Assembly: GCA_964500725.1 (NCBI GenBank)
Contig: CAZCNP010000002.1
Span: 69,347-133,346, forward strand
Reading direction: 5' to 3'
DNA: 64,000 bases
Source: an uncultured Gammaproteobacteria bacterium
GTDB lineage: Bacteria; Patescibacteriota; Microgenomatia; Daviesbacterales; UBA10151
The notes under the pieces were generated by a model. The model did not search any database. It was not told where the DNA came from and worked only from the letters and a program-made list of their open reading frames with translations. Shown piece by piece: positions 1 through 8,676 of this stretch. The position numbers and the translations under genes were made by a program. Numbering within the stretch: position 1 is the first letter of the stretch; every line of letters starts with the position of its first letter.

Positions 1-390
1 TTTCTGCGTTTCTCCAAAAACTTTTACCTTTTTACCTTCGTATTGAGAAAGATCAACCACAGAAGAAGTCAAAGCAACAGGCACAGCACCTTCTCTTACA
101 AGCACATGTGTTCCTTCAACATATTCTGAAGGATCAGATGGTTGTGGTTTGGCTTTGAGGGTGCCTTGGGCAAAATCTTTAAAAGTTCTGGTGTCTTGTT
201 GGGCAGATTTTGCAGCTCCTATAGCAAGGGGAGAGGCTTTTGAGCTGCCTTTTGTTGAGAGTATATATCCAGTTAGGGTACCTAAAACTAGGGCAGTAAT
301 AACCACTCCCAGCAGTAAACGTTTAGGATCGTTAACATTTATCAGAGGTTTGGTAATTTTTTCTTCAAACTGCGTTCTTAGAGTTACCAT
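1..390 (-). CDS. Hypothetical small secreted or membrane-anchored protein; partial, the C-terminus runs off the window start.
   Basis: Reverse-strand ORF starting with ATG at 388..390 (MVTLRTQFEEKITKPLINVNDPKRLLLGVVITALVLGTLTGYILS...) with an N-terminal TM/signal-like segment. Co-directional with and immediately downstream of prfB. The + strand ORF 149..412 in the track is its antisense shadow. Confidence 0.4.
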   Translation of the reverse strand, partial: MVTLRTQFEEKITKPLINVNDPKRLLLGVVITALVLGTLTGYILSTKGSSKASPLAIGAAKSAQQDTRTFKDFAQGTLKAKPQPSDPSEYVEGTHVLVREGAVPVALTSSVVDLSQYEGKKVKVFGETQK

Positions 391-432
391 AATACAATAT
401 ATTTTAATATAACCATAAATTGAGTAATTTGT

Positions 433-1500
433 CTACCCCTTCCTAATTTCTGCTTCGATAAAATCATTTAGATCACCATCCAAAACAGCATCTGTATTAG
501 AAGTTTCCACATTCGTTCTTAAGTCTTTGACCATATGATAAGGATGCAGTACATAAGATCTGATTTGTGTTCCCCATGAAGCTTGAGTTGTGCTTCCTTT
601 AAGCTCCTTAGTCAGTTGTTTTTTTTCTGCTTCCTGTTTTTCCCACAGTTTTGCCAAAAGCAGTTTCATAGCATTTTCCCTATTTTGCAGTTGTGATCTT
701 TCTGTTTGGGCTGTAACAGTAATACCGGTTGGAAGATGTTTTACCCTGACAGCAGTTGAGACTTTATTAACATTTTGTCCTCCTGCCCCTCCTGATCTAA
801 AAGCTTCAAATTCAATATCTGCCTCGTTAATCTCGACTTCTTCAGGGTTAATTACTGGTAATGTTTCAACTAAGGCAAATGAGGTTTGTCTTAAATTATC
901 AGCATTAAAAGGGGATTGTCTGACCAGCCTATGAGTCCCAGCCTCGCCTTTTAAATAGCCAAAAGTAAAAGGTTCATGTACAATCATGGAAACTGTTTTA
1001 ATGCCTGCTTCCTCACCCGGGTTTTCATCGGTTATTTCGTATTTCCAATTTTGTCTGTCAAAATATCTTTGGTACATTCTTACAAGCATAGCTGCCCAAT
1101 CCATGGCCTCAACTCCTCCTGCTCCTGAATGAACGGATAAAATAGCTTGTGATCCGTCATGGGGGTTTGATAAAAATAGTTTCAGCTCTAATTTATCCAA
1201 TATTTCCCCTATTTCTTTTACCTCTTTTTTCAGGTCTTCCTGCATAGAAGGTTCTTCTGAAATTTCTAAACAGTTTCCAATCCTGGTTTCTAGTTCTTCC
1301 AATGTTTTTACTGTTTTCTGTTTGTCTGAAAGCTTCCGACTGATGACTGATGACTCCTGAGGATTATTCCAAAAACCCTCTTTCATGGTTTGGGCTTCTA
1401 GTTTTCTGATTTCTTGTCTTAATTCATCCTGGTCAATAGACTCTGAAACTTTCCCAAACCTTTCTTTTAATTCTTTTAACTTATTTTGTATCTCTTCCAT
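433..1500 (-). CDS. prfB: Peptide chain release factor 2.
   Basis: SPF tripeptide (RQSPFNA) diagnostic of RF2, GGQ motif ([13 protein letters not shown]), 355 aa. Continuous ORF with no programmed +1 frameshift site. Confidence 0.92.
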   Translation of the reverse strand: MEEIQNKLKELKERFGKVSESIDQDELRQEIRKLEAQTMKEGFWNNPQESSVISRKLSDKQKTVKTLEELETRIGNCLEISEEPSMQEDLKKEVKEIGEILDKLELKLFLSNPHDGSQAILSVHSGAGGVEAMDWAAMLVRMYQRYFDRQNWKYEITDENPGEEAGIKTVSMIVHEPFTFGYLKGEAGTHRLVRQSPFNADNLRQTSFALVETLPVINPEEVEINEADIEFEAFRSGGAGGQNVNKVSTAVRVKHLPTGITVTAQTERSQLQNRENAMKLLLAKLWEKQEAEKKQLTKELKGSTTQASWGTQIRSYVLHPYHMVKDLRTNVETSNTDAVLDGDLNDFIEAEIRKG

Positions 1501-1536
1501 AAGGGAAATTATATACTTTTGCTGTATAATTTCCTA
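1501..1536. promoter_or_regulatory. Putative divergent promoter region between prfB and the tsaB-like ORF.
   Basis: 36 bp AT-rich divergent intergenic region containing TATAAT (ctgtataatttcc). No experimental support. Confidence 0.25.
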
Positions 1537-1839
1537 ATGATTCTGTCTATTGATACCAAACATCAGAAAGTGGTTAGGGTAGAGATAAAAGATAAGGCAA
1601 AAGTGATAGGAAGTTTATCTGAGGAAAATGAATATGGATCACAAGTCCTTTTGCCCCTTATTCTGCAATTACTACGAACTACAAACTCCGAACTACGAAC
1701 TCTTAAAGGTATAGAAGTAGAAACTGGACCAGGGTCTTTTACTGGGTTAAGGGTTGGGGCTTCTGTTGCTAATGCTTTGGGGTTTTCTTTAGGAATTCCT
1801 GTTAATGGTAAAAAAATTGAGACAGAGTTGGTATACTAG
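1537..1839 (+). CDS. tsaB: TsaB (YeaZ)-like tRNA t6A biosynthesis protein, N-terminal domain only (about 100 aa).
   Basis: MILSIDT start and GPGSFTGLRVG motif are typical of the TsaB/Kae1 N-terminal domain. Start moved from the track's 1486 to the internal Met at 1537, matching the canonical TsaB N-terminus and removing overlap with prfB. Unusually short. Confidence 0.55.
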   Translation: MILSIDTKHQKVVRVEIKDKAKVIGSLSEENEYGSQVLLPLILQLLRTTNSELRTLKGIEVETGPGSFTGLRVGASVANALGFSLGIPVNGKKIETELVY

Positions 1840-1843
1840 AAGA

Positions 1844-2719
1844 ATGGCCTTGCGTAATTGGTTTTTGCCTCACAAAGATACCCATAAAAAAGCGCATTTA
1901 ATTTCTTGGGAAGGTTTAGTTATTTATATCTTAATTTTTATTCTGCTGCAGGTAAGTTTTTCTATTATAAGTTATACCAAACCAGGGATTTTAGGGATTA
2001 CTTCCAGTGTTAATCAAAAGATTCTTATAGAGCTTACCAATCAGGAAAGGCAAAAAGCAGGCCTCTCTCAAGTTTCAGAAAATGAGGCATTAAACAAAGC
2101 AGCATACCTTAAAGCTCAAAACATGTTTGCTGAAAACTACTGGGCTCACTTTGCTCCTTCTGGGAAATCTCCTTGGGATTTTATCTTAGGAGCAGGTTAT
2201 AAGTTTACTTTTGCTGGGGAAAATTTAGCCAAAAATTTTTATTCTTCTGATGAGGTAGTAAAAGCCTGGATGGCCTCACCTACTCACAGGGATAATTTAT
2301 TAAATTCCAAATATAAAGATATAGGGATAGCTGTGGTGGAGGGGGTATTAGATGGTCAAAAAACTACACTGGTAGTACAGGAATTTGGAACAACACAAAG
2401 TTTGGCTGCAAATCCTGCCGTTGCAGTTCAAGGAAAACAGGTTGTAGTGCCGCCAAAAGTTATAGCCAATCCTCCTCAGCTAATAGAAGGAGCAACGCAG
2501 GCTAAAGTTAGTCCTAAAGTATTGGTAGATCCTTACTCAGTATCTAAGGTAGCTGGATTATCAGTTATAACTTTGATTGTAGTATTGCTTACTATCGATA
2601 TTGTGGTTTTGAAAAGAAGAGGAGTTTTTAGATTATCTTCTCATCATATTGCCCATATGGCTCTTTTATCATTGGCAGCTGGCAGTATGTTTATGTTAGG
2701 TCCAGGTAGTATTTTATGA
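1844..2719 (+). CDS. CAP/SCP (PR-1, YkwD-like) domain protein with a C-terminal transmembrane anchor.
   Basis: N-terminal TM, then CAP-domain motifs (HFAPSGKSPWDF, FAGENLA, WMASPTHRDNLL, GIAVV), then a Pro/Val-rich linker and a C-terminal TM helix. Start chosen at the internal Met (MALRNWF). Confidence 0.65.
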   Translation: MALRNWFLPHKDTHKKAHLISWEGLVIYILIFILLQVSFSIISYTKPGILGITSSVNQKILIELTNQERQKAGLSQVSENEALNKAAYLKAQNMFAENYWAHFAPSGKSPWDFILGAGYKFTFAGENLAKNFYSSDEVVKAWMASPTHRDNLLNSKYKDIGIAVVEGVLDGQKTTLVVQEFGTTQSLAANPAVAVQGKQVVVPPKVIANPPQLIEGATQAKVSPKVLVDPYSVSKVAGLSVITLIVVLLTIDIVVLKRRGVFRLSSHHIAHMALLSLAAGSMFMLGPGSIL

Positions 2720-2871
2720 TCATTAAAGTTTTAATTGCGGGCATTTTAGCTTATCTTTTGTGGGCGCTGTTTCATCATAGGCGCGATAAGAGTTTGACTT
2801 TTTCTGTACTTGTGGAGTATCTTTTAACTGCTGTCTTGGCAACAATATTGATATTTGGAGTAATTTACTAA
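2716..2871 (+). CDS. Small 51-aa two-helix membrane protein; not in the ORF track.
   Basis: ATG overlaps the upstream TGA (TATGA). Translation MIIKVLIAGILAYLLWALFHHRRDKSLTFSVLVEYLLTAVLATILIFGVIY shows two hydrophobic helices. Stop TAA at 2869..2871, two nt before the rmlA start. Confidence 0.35.
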   Translation: MIIKVLIAGILAYLLWALFHHRRDKSLTFSVLVEYLLTAVLATILIFGVIY

Positions 2872-2873
2872 AG

Positions 2874-3956
2874 ATGAAAGCAATTATACCAACAGGTGGG
2901 CGCGGTACCAGAATGCGTCCCTTAACTTTTTCTACTAACAAACATTTTATTCCAGTTGCCAACAAACCCTTAATTTTTTATCCTATTGAAACAATAGCTG
3001 ATGCAGGTATCAAAGAGGTGGCTATAACTTATAACCCAGGAGGTTTGGAAGAAGCAAAAGCATACCTAGGAGATGGCAGTAGGTGGAACTTAAATTTAAC
3101 TTATGTTTTGCAAGAAAAACCAGCTGGACTTGCTAATATTGTCCAAGTTTGTGAGGAGTTTGTTGGTGGAGACTGCTTTGTTTTTCATCTAGGTGACAAT
3201 ATGTTTGTGGATGGAATTGCCGAGCAGGTTGACTATTTTGAGAAGGAAAAACCTAATGGTTTGGTGACAATGATTCATCATAATGAAAATAGGAGGATGG
3301 GAGTGCCTTACTTTAACGATGAAGGCAGGCTTATCAAATATGTAGAAAAACCAGAAAACCCTCCTCATGATTTTGCTGTTCCAGGAGTGTATTTTGGAGA
3401 TAGTAATTTCTTTAAATGTTTTAAAGGCCCGAATGCGCTAAAGCCATCTGCGCGGGGAGAGTATGAAATTCCAGGCGCTTTTCAGTGGTTAATTGATAAT
3501 GGTTTTCGGGTTGATGCTTTGGAATATAAAGGAGTATGGCTGGATCCTGGAAAATTTGATGATTGGATTGATGCAAACCAATACATGTTAAAAAATAAAT
3601 TAAAGGAAAATATTGAATGCAAAGTTGATCCAAGCAGTAAATTACAAGGGACAGTAGCTTTAGGTACAGGATGTAGTGTAGTCAACTCTAAAATCACAGG
3701 TCCAGTCGCAATTGGTGATAATGTGACTATTACCAACTCAGAAATTGGCAGCTATACCTCAATTGCTGGCAATTGTGAAGTAGTAAACAGCAAAGTTTCA
3801 AATAGCGTGCTGATGAATGGGGTAAAGATTTTGGATGTAAGGGAACATCCAGTTGATAATAGTTTAATTGGTACAGATTCTGAAGTTATTGGTAAAGATG
3901 GCAGAGGAGCCACAACATCTCTTTTTGTTGGAGAAAAGTGTAAAATACAAATTTAA
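2874..3956 (+). CDS. rmlA: Glucose-1-phosphate thymidylyltransferase, long form with a C-terminal left-handed beta-helix domain.
   Basis: GGRGTRMRPLT nucleotide-binding signature. C-terminal hexapeptide-repeat region (VAIGDNVTITNSEIGSYTSIAGNCEVVNSKV). Directly precedes rmlB, rmlC and rmlD. Confidence 0.8.
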   Translation: MKAIIPTGGRGTRMRPLTFSTNKHFIPVANKPLIFYPIETIADAGIKEVAITYNPGGLEEAKAYLGDGSRWNLNLTYVLQEKPAGLANIVQVCEEFVGGDCFVFHLGDNMFVDGIAEQVDYFEKEKPNGLVTMIHHNENRRMGVPYFNDEGRLIKYVEKPENPPHDFAVPGVYFGDSNFFKCFKGPNALKPSARGEYEIPGAFQWLIDNGFRVDALEYKGVWLDPGKFDDWIDANQYMLKNKLKENIECKVDPSSKLQGTVALGTGCSVVNSKITGPVAIGDNVTITNSEIGSYTSIAGNCEVVNSKVSNSVLMNGVKILDVREHPVDNSLIGTDSEVIGKDGRGATTSLFVGEKCKIQI

Positions 3957-4960
3957 TGAAACTTCTTGTTACAGGTGGAGCTGGGTTTATCGGATCTAAC
4001 TTTGTGCGTTACTGGATAAAGAATCATCCTGAGGATGAAATAATAATTTTTGATCTCCTAACTTATGCAGGGCATTTAAGTAGTCTGAAAGATGTTGAAA
4101 ATAACCCTAATTATAAATTTATTCAGGGGGATATTACTGATGTAGAAGCTGTTGAGCAGGCTTTGGAAGGTGTTGATATAGTGGTTCATTTTGCAGCTGA
4201 ATCACATGTTGATCGTTCAATTATTGATCCATTGAAGTTTGTAAAAACTAATGTTTTGGGTACTGCAGTTTTATTAAACGCTGCCTTGGATGCAAAAATT
4301 AAAAAGTTTCATCATGTCTCAACAGATGAAGTATACGGAGAGTTGAAACCAAACGATCCTCCATTTGTAGAAAATACACCTTATCAGCCCCGGACACCTT
4401 ATTCAGCGTCTAAGGCAGGATCTGATCATTTAGTGAGAGCCTATTTTGAAACTTATGGTTTGCCGATTACTATTACAAATTGCGCTAATAATTATGGTTT
4501 TTATCATGATCCAGAAAAACTTATCCCTCGGTTTATCACCAATTTTTTAGAAGGGAAGAAGGTTCCGTTGATGGGCAAGGGTGAAAATATTAGGGAATGG
4601 CTACACGCAGAAGATCATGCTGCTGCTATTGATCTTGTTTTGCAAAAAGGTAAAGCAGGAGAGACCTATTTAATTGAAGGGGAAGAGAAAACTAATTTAG
4701 AAATTACTCAAATGTTGCTCAAGATTTTAGGAATGGATGAGTCGATGATTGAATTTGTGGAGCACCGATTAGGGCATGATTTCCGTTATGCCATCAATGG
4801 GGAAAAATTGAAGTCTTTGGGTTGGGAAAGAAAACATAGTTTAGAGGAGGATTTGCCTAAAATAGTTGACTGGTATAAAGAAAACGAGTGGTGGTGGAAG
4901 CCTTTAAAAGAGGGGAGACCTAATATTGATCGGGTTGCCCAAAAATCATATGGAAAATAA
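3956..4960 (+). CDS. rmlB: dTDP-glucose 4,6-dehydratase.
   Basis: TGGAGFIGSNF Rossmann motif, YSASKAGSDHL catalytic YxxxK, ITNCANNYG. Start overlaps the rmlA stop (TAATG). Confidence 0.92.
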   Translation: MKLLVTGGAGFIGSNFVRYWIKNHPEDEIIIFDLLTYAGHLSSLKDVENNPNYKFIQGDITDVEAVEQALEGVDIVVHFAAESHVDRSIIDPLKFVKTNVLGTAVLLNAALDAKIKKFHHVSTDEVYGELKPNDPPFVENTPYQPRTPYSASKAGSDHLVRAYFETYGLPITITNCANNYGFYHDPEKLIPRFITNFLEGKKVPLMGKGENIREWLHAEDHAAAIDLVLQKGKAGETYLIEGEEKTNLEITQMLLKILGMDESMIEFVEHRLGHDFRYAINGEKLKSLGWERKHSLEEDLPKIVDWYKENEWWWKPLKEGRPNIDRVAQKSYGK

Positions 4961-5501
4961 CTACATTAAAAAAACATCTATTCCTGGACTGTTAATTTTA
5001 GAAAGACCAATATTATCAGATGAGCGGGGTTTTTTTAGGGAATTATTCCATAAAGATGAATTAGAAAAAATAAGCGGTATTAAATTTGATGGTGTGCAAA
5101 TGAATCACTCACATTCTGTTTCTGGAGTTATAAGAGGTATTCACGCGGAGCAATGGAATAAAATTATTTATCCAGTTTCCGGAGAGGTTTTTATAGCAAT
5201 AGTTGATATAAGACCAGATTCTCCAACTTTCGGAAAGGTAGAAACCTTTAATGTTGGTGAGAATAACAGAATAGGGCTTTTTATACCAAATGGACTGGCT
5301 AATTCAGTTTGTGTAATAGGAGAAAAGCCGGTGGATTATATTTATTTAGTAGATGCTTACTGGGATGGATCAGATACCAGAGCAATTGCCTGGGATGATC
5401 CTGATTTGCAGATTGACTGGCCTGTTAAAAATCCTGTAATTTCTGAAAGAGACAAAAATAATCCAAAGTTGAGAGAGTTATTTCCGGAGAAGTTTAAATG
5501 A
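4950..5501 (+). CDS. rmlC: dTDP-4-dehydrorhamnose 3,5-epimerase.
   Basis: Cupin-fold RmlC motifs (DERGFFRELF, GIHAEQWNKIIYPVSGEVF, DIRPDSPTFGK). Start moved to the internal Met (MENNYIKK) to limit overlap with rmlB. Confidence 0.88.
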   Translation: MENNYIKKTSIPGLLILERPILSDERGFFRELFHKDELEKISGIKFDGVQMNHSHSVSGVIRGIHAEQWNKIIYPVSGEVFIAIVDIRPDSPTFGKVETFNVGENNRIGLFIPNGLANSVCVIGEKPVDYIYLVDAYWDGSDTRAIAWDDPDLQIDWPVKNPVISERDKNNPKLRELFPEKFK

Positions 5502-6397
5502 AAAAGGTTTTAGTATTTGGTGGCAGTGGTTTAGTTGGTTCTAAATTTATTGATTTATATTCAAACGACTTTGAAATTAAAGCTCCTGATGCATCTTCTG
5601 TAGATATATTAAAAAAAGACCAGGTTGCAAATATAGTAGAGGAATTTAACCCTGATAGCATTATTAATTTTGCAGCTTACACCAATGTTGAAGAAGCTGA
5701 GAAACAAAAAGGGGATAAAGCAGGTATTTGCTATTTAATAAATTCAATTGGAGCAAAGAATGTTGCGGAGATTGCAAAAGAATTTAATAAAAAGTTAATT
5801 CATATCTCAACAGAATATGTTTTTGACGGGACCAAAGATGTAAGTCCGTATACAGAAGAGGACAAACCTAACCCTATTAATTGGTATGGGCAAACAAAAT
5901 ATTTTGGGGAACAGTTTGTTTTAGAAAGCGAATGTTCTGCTGTAATAGTTAGGATATGTATGCCCTATAGCGCATTTTACGAGTTAAAAAAAGATGTTGC
6001 CAGGTTTTTCCTCGAGCAATTAAAGAATGGTAATCAGATAAAAGCAATTGAAGATCAAAGAATCACCCCCACTTTGGTAGATGATATCGCTAATGGTTTG
6101 AGGGTAATAGTTGAATCAAGCGCAAATGGGCTTTATCATGTTAGCAGTATAGATAGTGTAACTCCTTTAGAATTTGCAAAAACCATTGCTGAGACCTTTA
6201 AGCTAAATTATTCACTTATTAGCTCCATTGATTTTGATGAGTATAATAAAGGCAAGCAAGCAAAATTATTGAAATTTTCTTGGTTAAATCCTGCAAAGTT
6301 TGAAGAACAATTTGGGGAAGGAATACTGCATACAGTTGAGCAAGGATTAGTTATTTTTAAAAGAGCTGTTGACGAAAAAGGAAAGAATCAGCTATAG
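5498..6397 (+). CDS. rmlD: dTDP-4-dehydrorhamnose reductase.
   Basis: VLVFGGSGLVGSKF Rossmann motif, INFAAYTNVEEAE, about 300 aa. ATGA overlap with rmlC. The position completes rmlABCD. Confidence 0.8.
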   Translation: MKKVLVFGGSGLVGSKFIDLYSNDFEIKAPDASSVDILKKDQVANIVEEFNPDSIINFAAYTNVEEAEKQKGDKAGICYLINSIGAKNVAEIAKEFNKKLIHISTEYVFDGTKDVSPYTEEDKPNPINWYGQTKYFGEQFVLESECSAVIVRICMPYSAFYELKKDVARFFLEQLKNGNQIKAIEDQRITPTLVDDIANGLRVIVESSANGLYHVSSIDSVTPLEFAKTIAETFKLNYSLISSIDFDEYNKGKQAKLLKFSWLNPAKFEEQFGEGILHTVEQGLVIFKRAVDEKGKNQL

Positions 6398-6407
6398 TAG
6401 ACAAAAT

Positions 6408-7424
6408 ATGGTACAAAGTAAGAGAGCTTTTATAACTGGAGTAAGCGGACAAGATGGATCCTATTTATCAGAGTTCCTTTTAGATAAGGGATATGAAGTG
6501 GCTGGTTTGGTACGCAGAAATGCAGCCTTAGATTTTGGAAACGCTAATGAGATTAAAGATGAGATAAAAATTTATTATGGGGATTTGCATTCTCCGGAAT
6601 CAATTGCCTTAGCATTATTGGATTTCAAGCCGGATGAAATATATAACTTAGCTTCTTTATCATCACCCTTAGGGTCATTTAGTGACAAATTAGGAGCAAT
6701 TATGATTACAGGGGTGGGTGCTTTGCATGTTTTTGAAAGAGCTAAAAGTATTGTTCCAGAGGCAAAAATATATCAAGCATCAACATCTGAAATGTTTGGA
6801 GCCCCTAAGCAAGTTCCTCAGAATGAAGAGACTGTTTTTGCTCCTGCTAATCCTTATGCAGCTGCAAAAGAGTTTGCTCACAGAATGGCAGCTATTGCAA
6901 GGAATGATAAAAATCAACCTCAATTTATTTCCTGTGGAATTTTGTTTAATCATGAAAGCCCAAGACGGGGTTTAAATTTTGTTACTAGAAAAATTACTGC
7001 TGCTGTTGCCATAATTAAGAATGGTCGAAAAGAAGGCATACCACTAAATGAAATAGGCGACCCAATTGTAGAAAACGGCAAAGTGAAATTGGGCGACCTT
7101 AGTGCAAAGCGGGATTGGGGTTTTGCACCTGATTATGTTGAGCTTATGTGGATGATATTACAGCATGAAAAGGCAGATGATTTTGTAGCAGCAACAGGTG
7201 AAATTCATACTGTTGAAGAGTTTGCTAAAGAAGCATTTGCTGTTGTAGGTTTAGACTGGAAAGATCATGTTGAAACTGATTCACATCTTGTGCCACCTGT
7301 ACAAACAGGGCCGCTTTGCGGAGATGCTTCAAAAGCTAAAAAGGTTTTAGGATGGGAACCAAAAACAACTTTTTCCGATTTGGTTAAAATTATGGTTCAT
7401 GCTGATCTGGCAAAATTCTCCTAA
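6408..7424 (+). CDS. gmd: GDP-mannose 4,6-dehydratase.
   Basis: AFITGVSGQDGSYLSEFLL and ILFNHESPRRG are hallmark GMD motifs. Start at the internal Met (MVQSKRAFITG) just after the rmlD stop. Confidence 0.88.
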   Translation: MVQSKRAFITGVSGQDGSYLSEFLLDKGYEVAGLVRRNAALDFGNANEIKDEIKIYYGDLHSPESIALALLDFKPDEIYNLASLSSPLGSFSDKLGAIMITGVGALHVFERAKSIVPEAKIYQASTSEMFGAPKQVPQNEETVFAPANPYAAAKEFAHRMAAIARNDKNQPQFISCGILFNHESPRRGLNFVTRKITAAVAIIKNGRKEGIPLNEIGDPIVENGKVKLGDLSAKRDWGFAPDYVELMWMILQHEKADDFVAATGEIHTVEEFAKEAFAVVGLDWKDHVETDSHLVPPVQTGPLCGDASKAKKVLGWEPKTTFSDLVKIMVHADLAKFS

Positions 7425-7488
7425 TATTTTGGCCTAGTTGCCAACCTCTTATTGTAAAAAAATAACTCATCAAATATCATATTAAACA

Positions 7489-8676
7489 ATGCAAAAGATA
7501 GTTAGCGTAGTTTTACCCACCTTTAACGAGAAAGCAAATATTGTCAGCACTGTTGAGAAAGTCTTTGAGCAGGAGAATAAACTTAAGGACTATAAAATAC
7601 ATATTGTAATTGCAGATGATATTAGATCTTCTGATGGAACAGAGCAAGTCGCCCAACAATTAGCTAAAAAGTACAAAAGAGTTCATTGTTTGAAAGTGAA
7701 CCCAGGGCTTGGTGTAGGTTTGATATCTGGTCATAAATATGCAATTGAAAAATTTCATCCATATGTTTTAGCTCAACTTGATGCTGATGGCCAGGTGGCA
7801 CCAGATATTTTAGTAAGACTTGTTAAAACCATTGAGCAAGGTTATACCCTGGCAATTGGCTCCAGATTTATCAGTGGGGGTAAAAATCAATTATCTTTTA
7901 TGAGAAGGCTTTTTACTTATGGGGCATCGATTGTCTGCAGGTTGTTTATAGGCCCATGGGATATTAAAGAAGTTACTAACTCTGCCAGAGCGTTTACTCC
8001 TGCTCTTTTCCAAAAAATCAATTTAGAAAGATTGCCTTGGCGTGAGCGGACTTTTATTGTGCAACCTGCTTTTTTGCATGAGGCAATTCTAGCAGGCGCT
8101 AAGTATAAAGAGGTGCCATTGGTATTTAAAGACCGTCTAGAAGGTTATTCTAAAAATAAAGTATTTAACTATACCTATGATATTATTGCCTATTGCTTAG
8201 ATGTAAGATTAAACTCTTGGGGAGTAAAAGTTCCTGTCTATAAGTTATCCAGGAAGGCAAAAACTGTAGTTAAGTTTGCTTTAGTTGGATTTGTTGGAAC
8301 AATGATAGACTTTTTATTTTATAAAATATTTATTAATATGTTCGGTGTTCCTCCAGCAACTTCAAAAGGTATCTCTACAGAGATTGCAATATTAAACAAT
8401 TTTATCTTAAATAATTATTGGACATTTAGGTACCGCAAAACAAAAACAAACATCTGGCAGAAATTGGGAATATTTAATTTAGTAAGTTTAGGTGGGCTTA
8501 TTATAGGTGTTTTAATAGTAAAGTTTTTACATCTTACTTTCGGAGATGGATTTGTAGATATACTTGGGCGTCCGATCGCTTACAATAACTTTTATTTTTT
8601 TGCAACTATTCCTCCAGTTATGCTTTGGAATTTTACAGTTAACCACCTTATTACTTGGCGTAACCAAGAAGACTAG
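7489..8676 (+). CDS. GT2 glycosyltransferase (polyprenyl-phosphate sugar synthase-like) fused to a C-terminal GtrA-like 4-TM domain.
   Basis: N-terminus VVLPTFNEKANI...ADDIRSSDGT is a GT2 fold with a DxD-type motif. The C-terminal 130 aa (FALVGFVGTMIDFLFYKIFINMF...NNYWTFR) match the GtrA family signature. Confidence 0.8.
   Translation: MQKIVSVVLPTFNEKANIVSTVEKVFEQENKLKDYKIHIVIADDIRSSDGTEQVAQQLAKKYKRVHCLKVNPGLGVGLISGHKYAIEKFHPYVLAQLDADGQVAPDILVRLVKTIEQGYTLAIGSRFISGGKNQLSFMRRLFTYGASIVCRLFIGPWDIKEVTNSARAFTPALFQKINLERLPWRERTFIVQPAFLHEAILAGAKYKEVPLVFKDRLEGYSKNKVFNYTYDIIAYCLDVRLNSWGVKVPVYKLSRKAKTVVKFALVGFVGTMIDFLFYKIFINMFGVPPATSKGISTEIAILNNFILNNYWTFRYRKTKTNIWQKLGIFNLVSLGGLIIGVLIVKFLHLTFGDGFVDILGRPIAYNNFYFFATIPPVMLWNFTVNHLITWRNQED

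Noticed and set aside
149-412. 87-aa + strand ORF at the window start.
   Set aside because: It lies antisense to a better-supported minus-strand partial gene (1..390) that is co-directional with prfB. It has no recognisable motifs.
590-934. 114-aa + strand ORF inside prfB.
   Set aside because: It is entirely embedded antisense in the conserved RF2 coding sequence. It is a shadow ORF.
1671-1700. Short direct repeat ctacgaact...ccgaactacgaact.
   Set aside because: It lies inside the tsaB-like coding sequence and encodes LRTTNSELRTL. It is too short and single-copy to be a CRISPR or regulatory repeat.
2723-2965. 80-aa minus-strand ORF spanning the rmlA start.
   Set aside because: It overlaps the rmlA start and the small + strand membrane ORF. 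It has no support.
3421-3736. Two minus-strand ORFs (70 and 84 aa) inside rmlA.
   Set aside because: They are antisense to the conserved nucleotidyltransferase coding sequence.
6718-6975. 85-aa + strand ORF inside gmd in another frame.
   Set aside because: It sits within the strongly conserved GMD coding region in an alternate frame, and its low-complexity Leu/Lys composition comes from the AT-rich sequence.
6408-7424. Alternative call of this SDR as UDP-glucose 4-epimerase (GalE) or a second RmlB.
   Set aside because: The GVSGQDGSYL N-terminus and the FNHESPRRG motif are specific to GDP-mannose 4,6-dehydratase.
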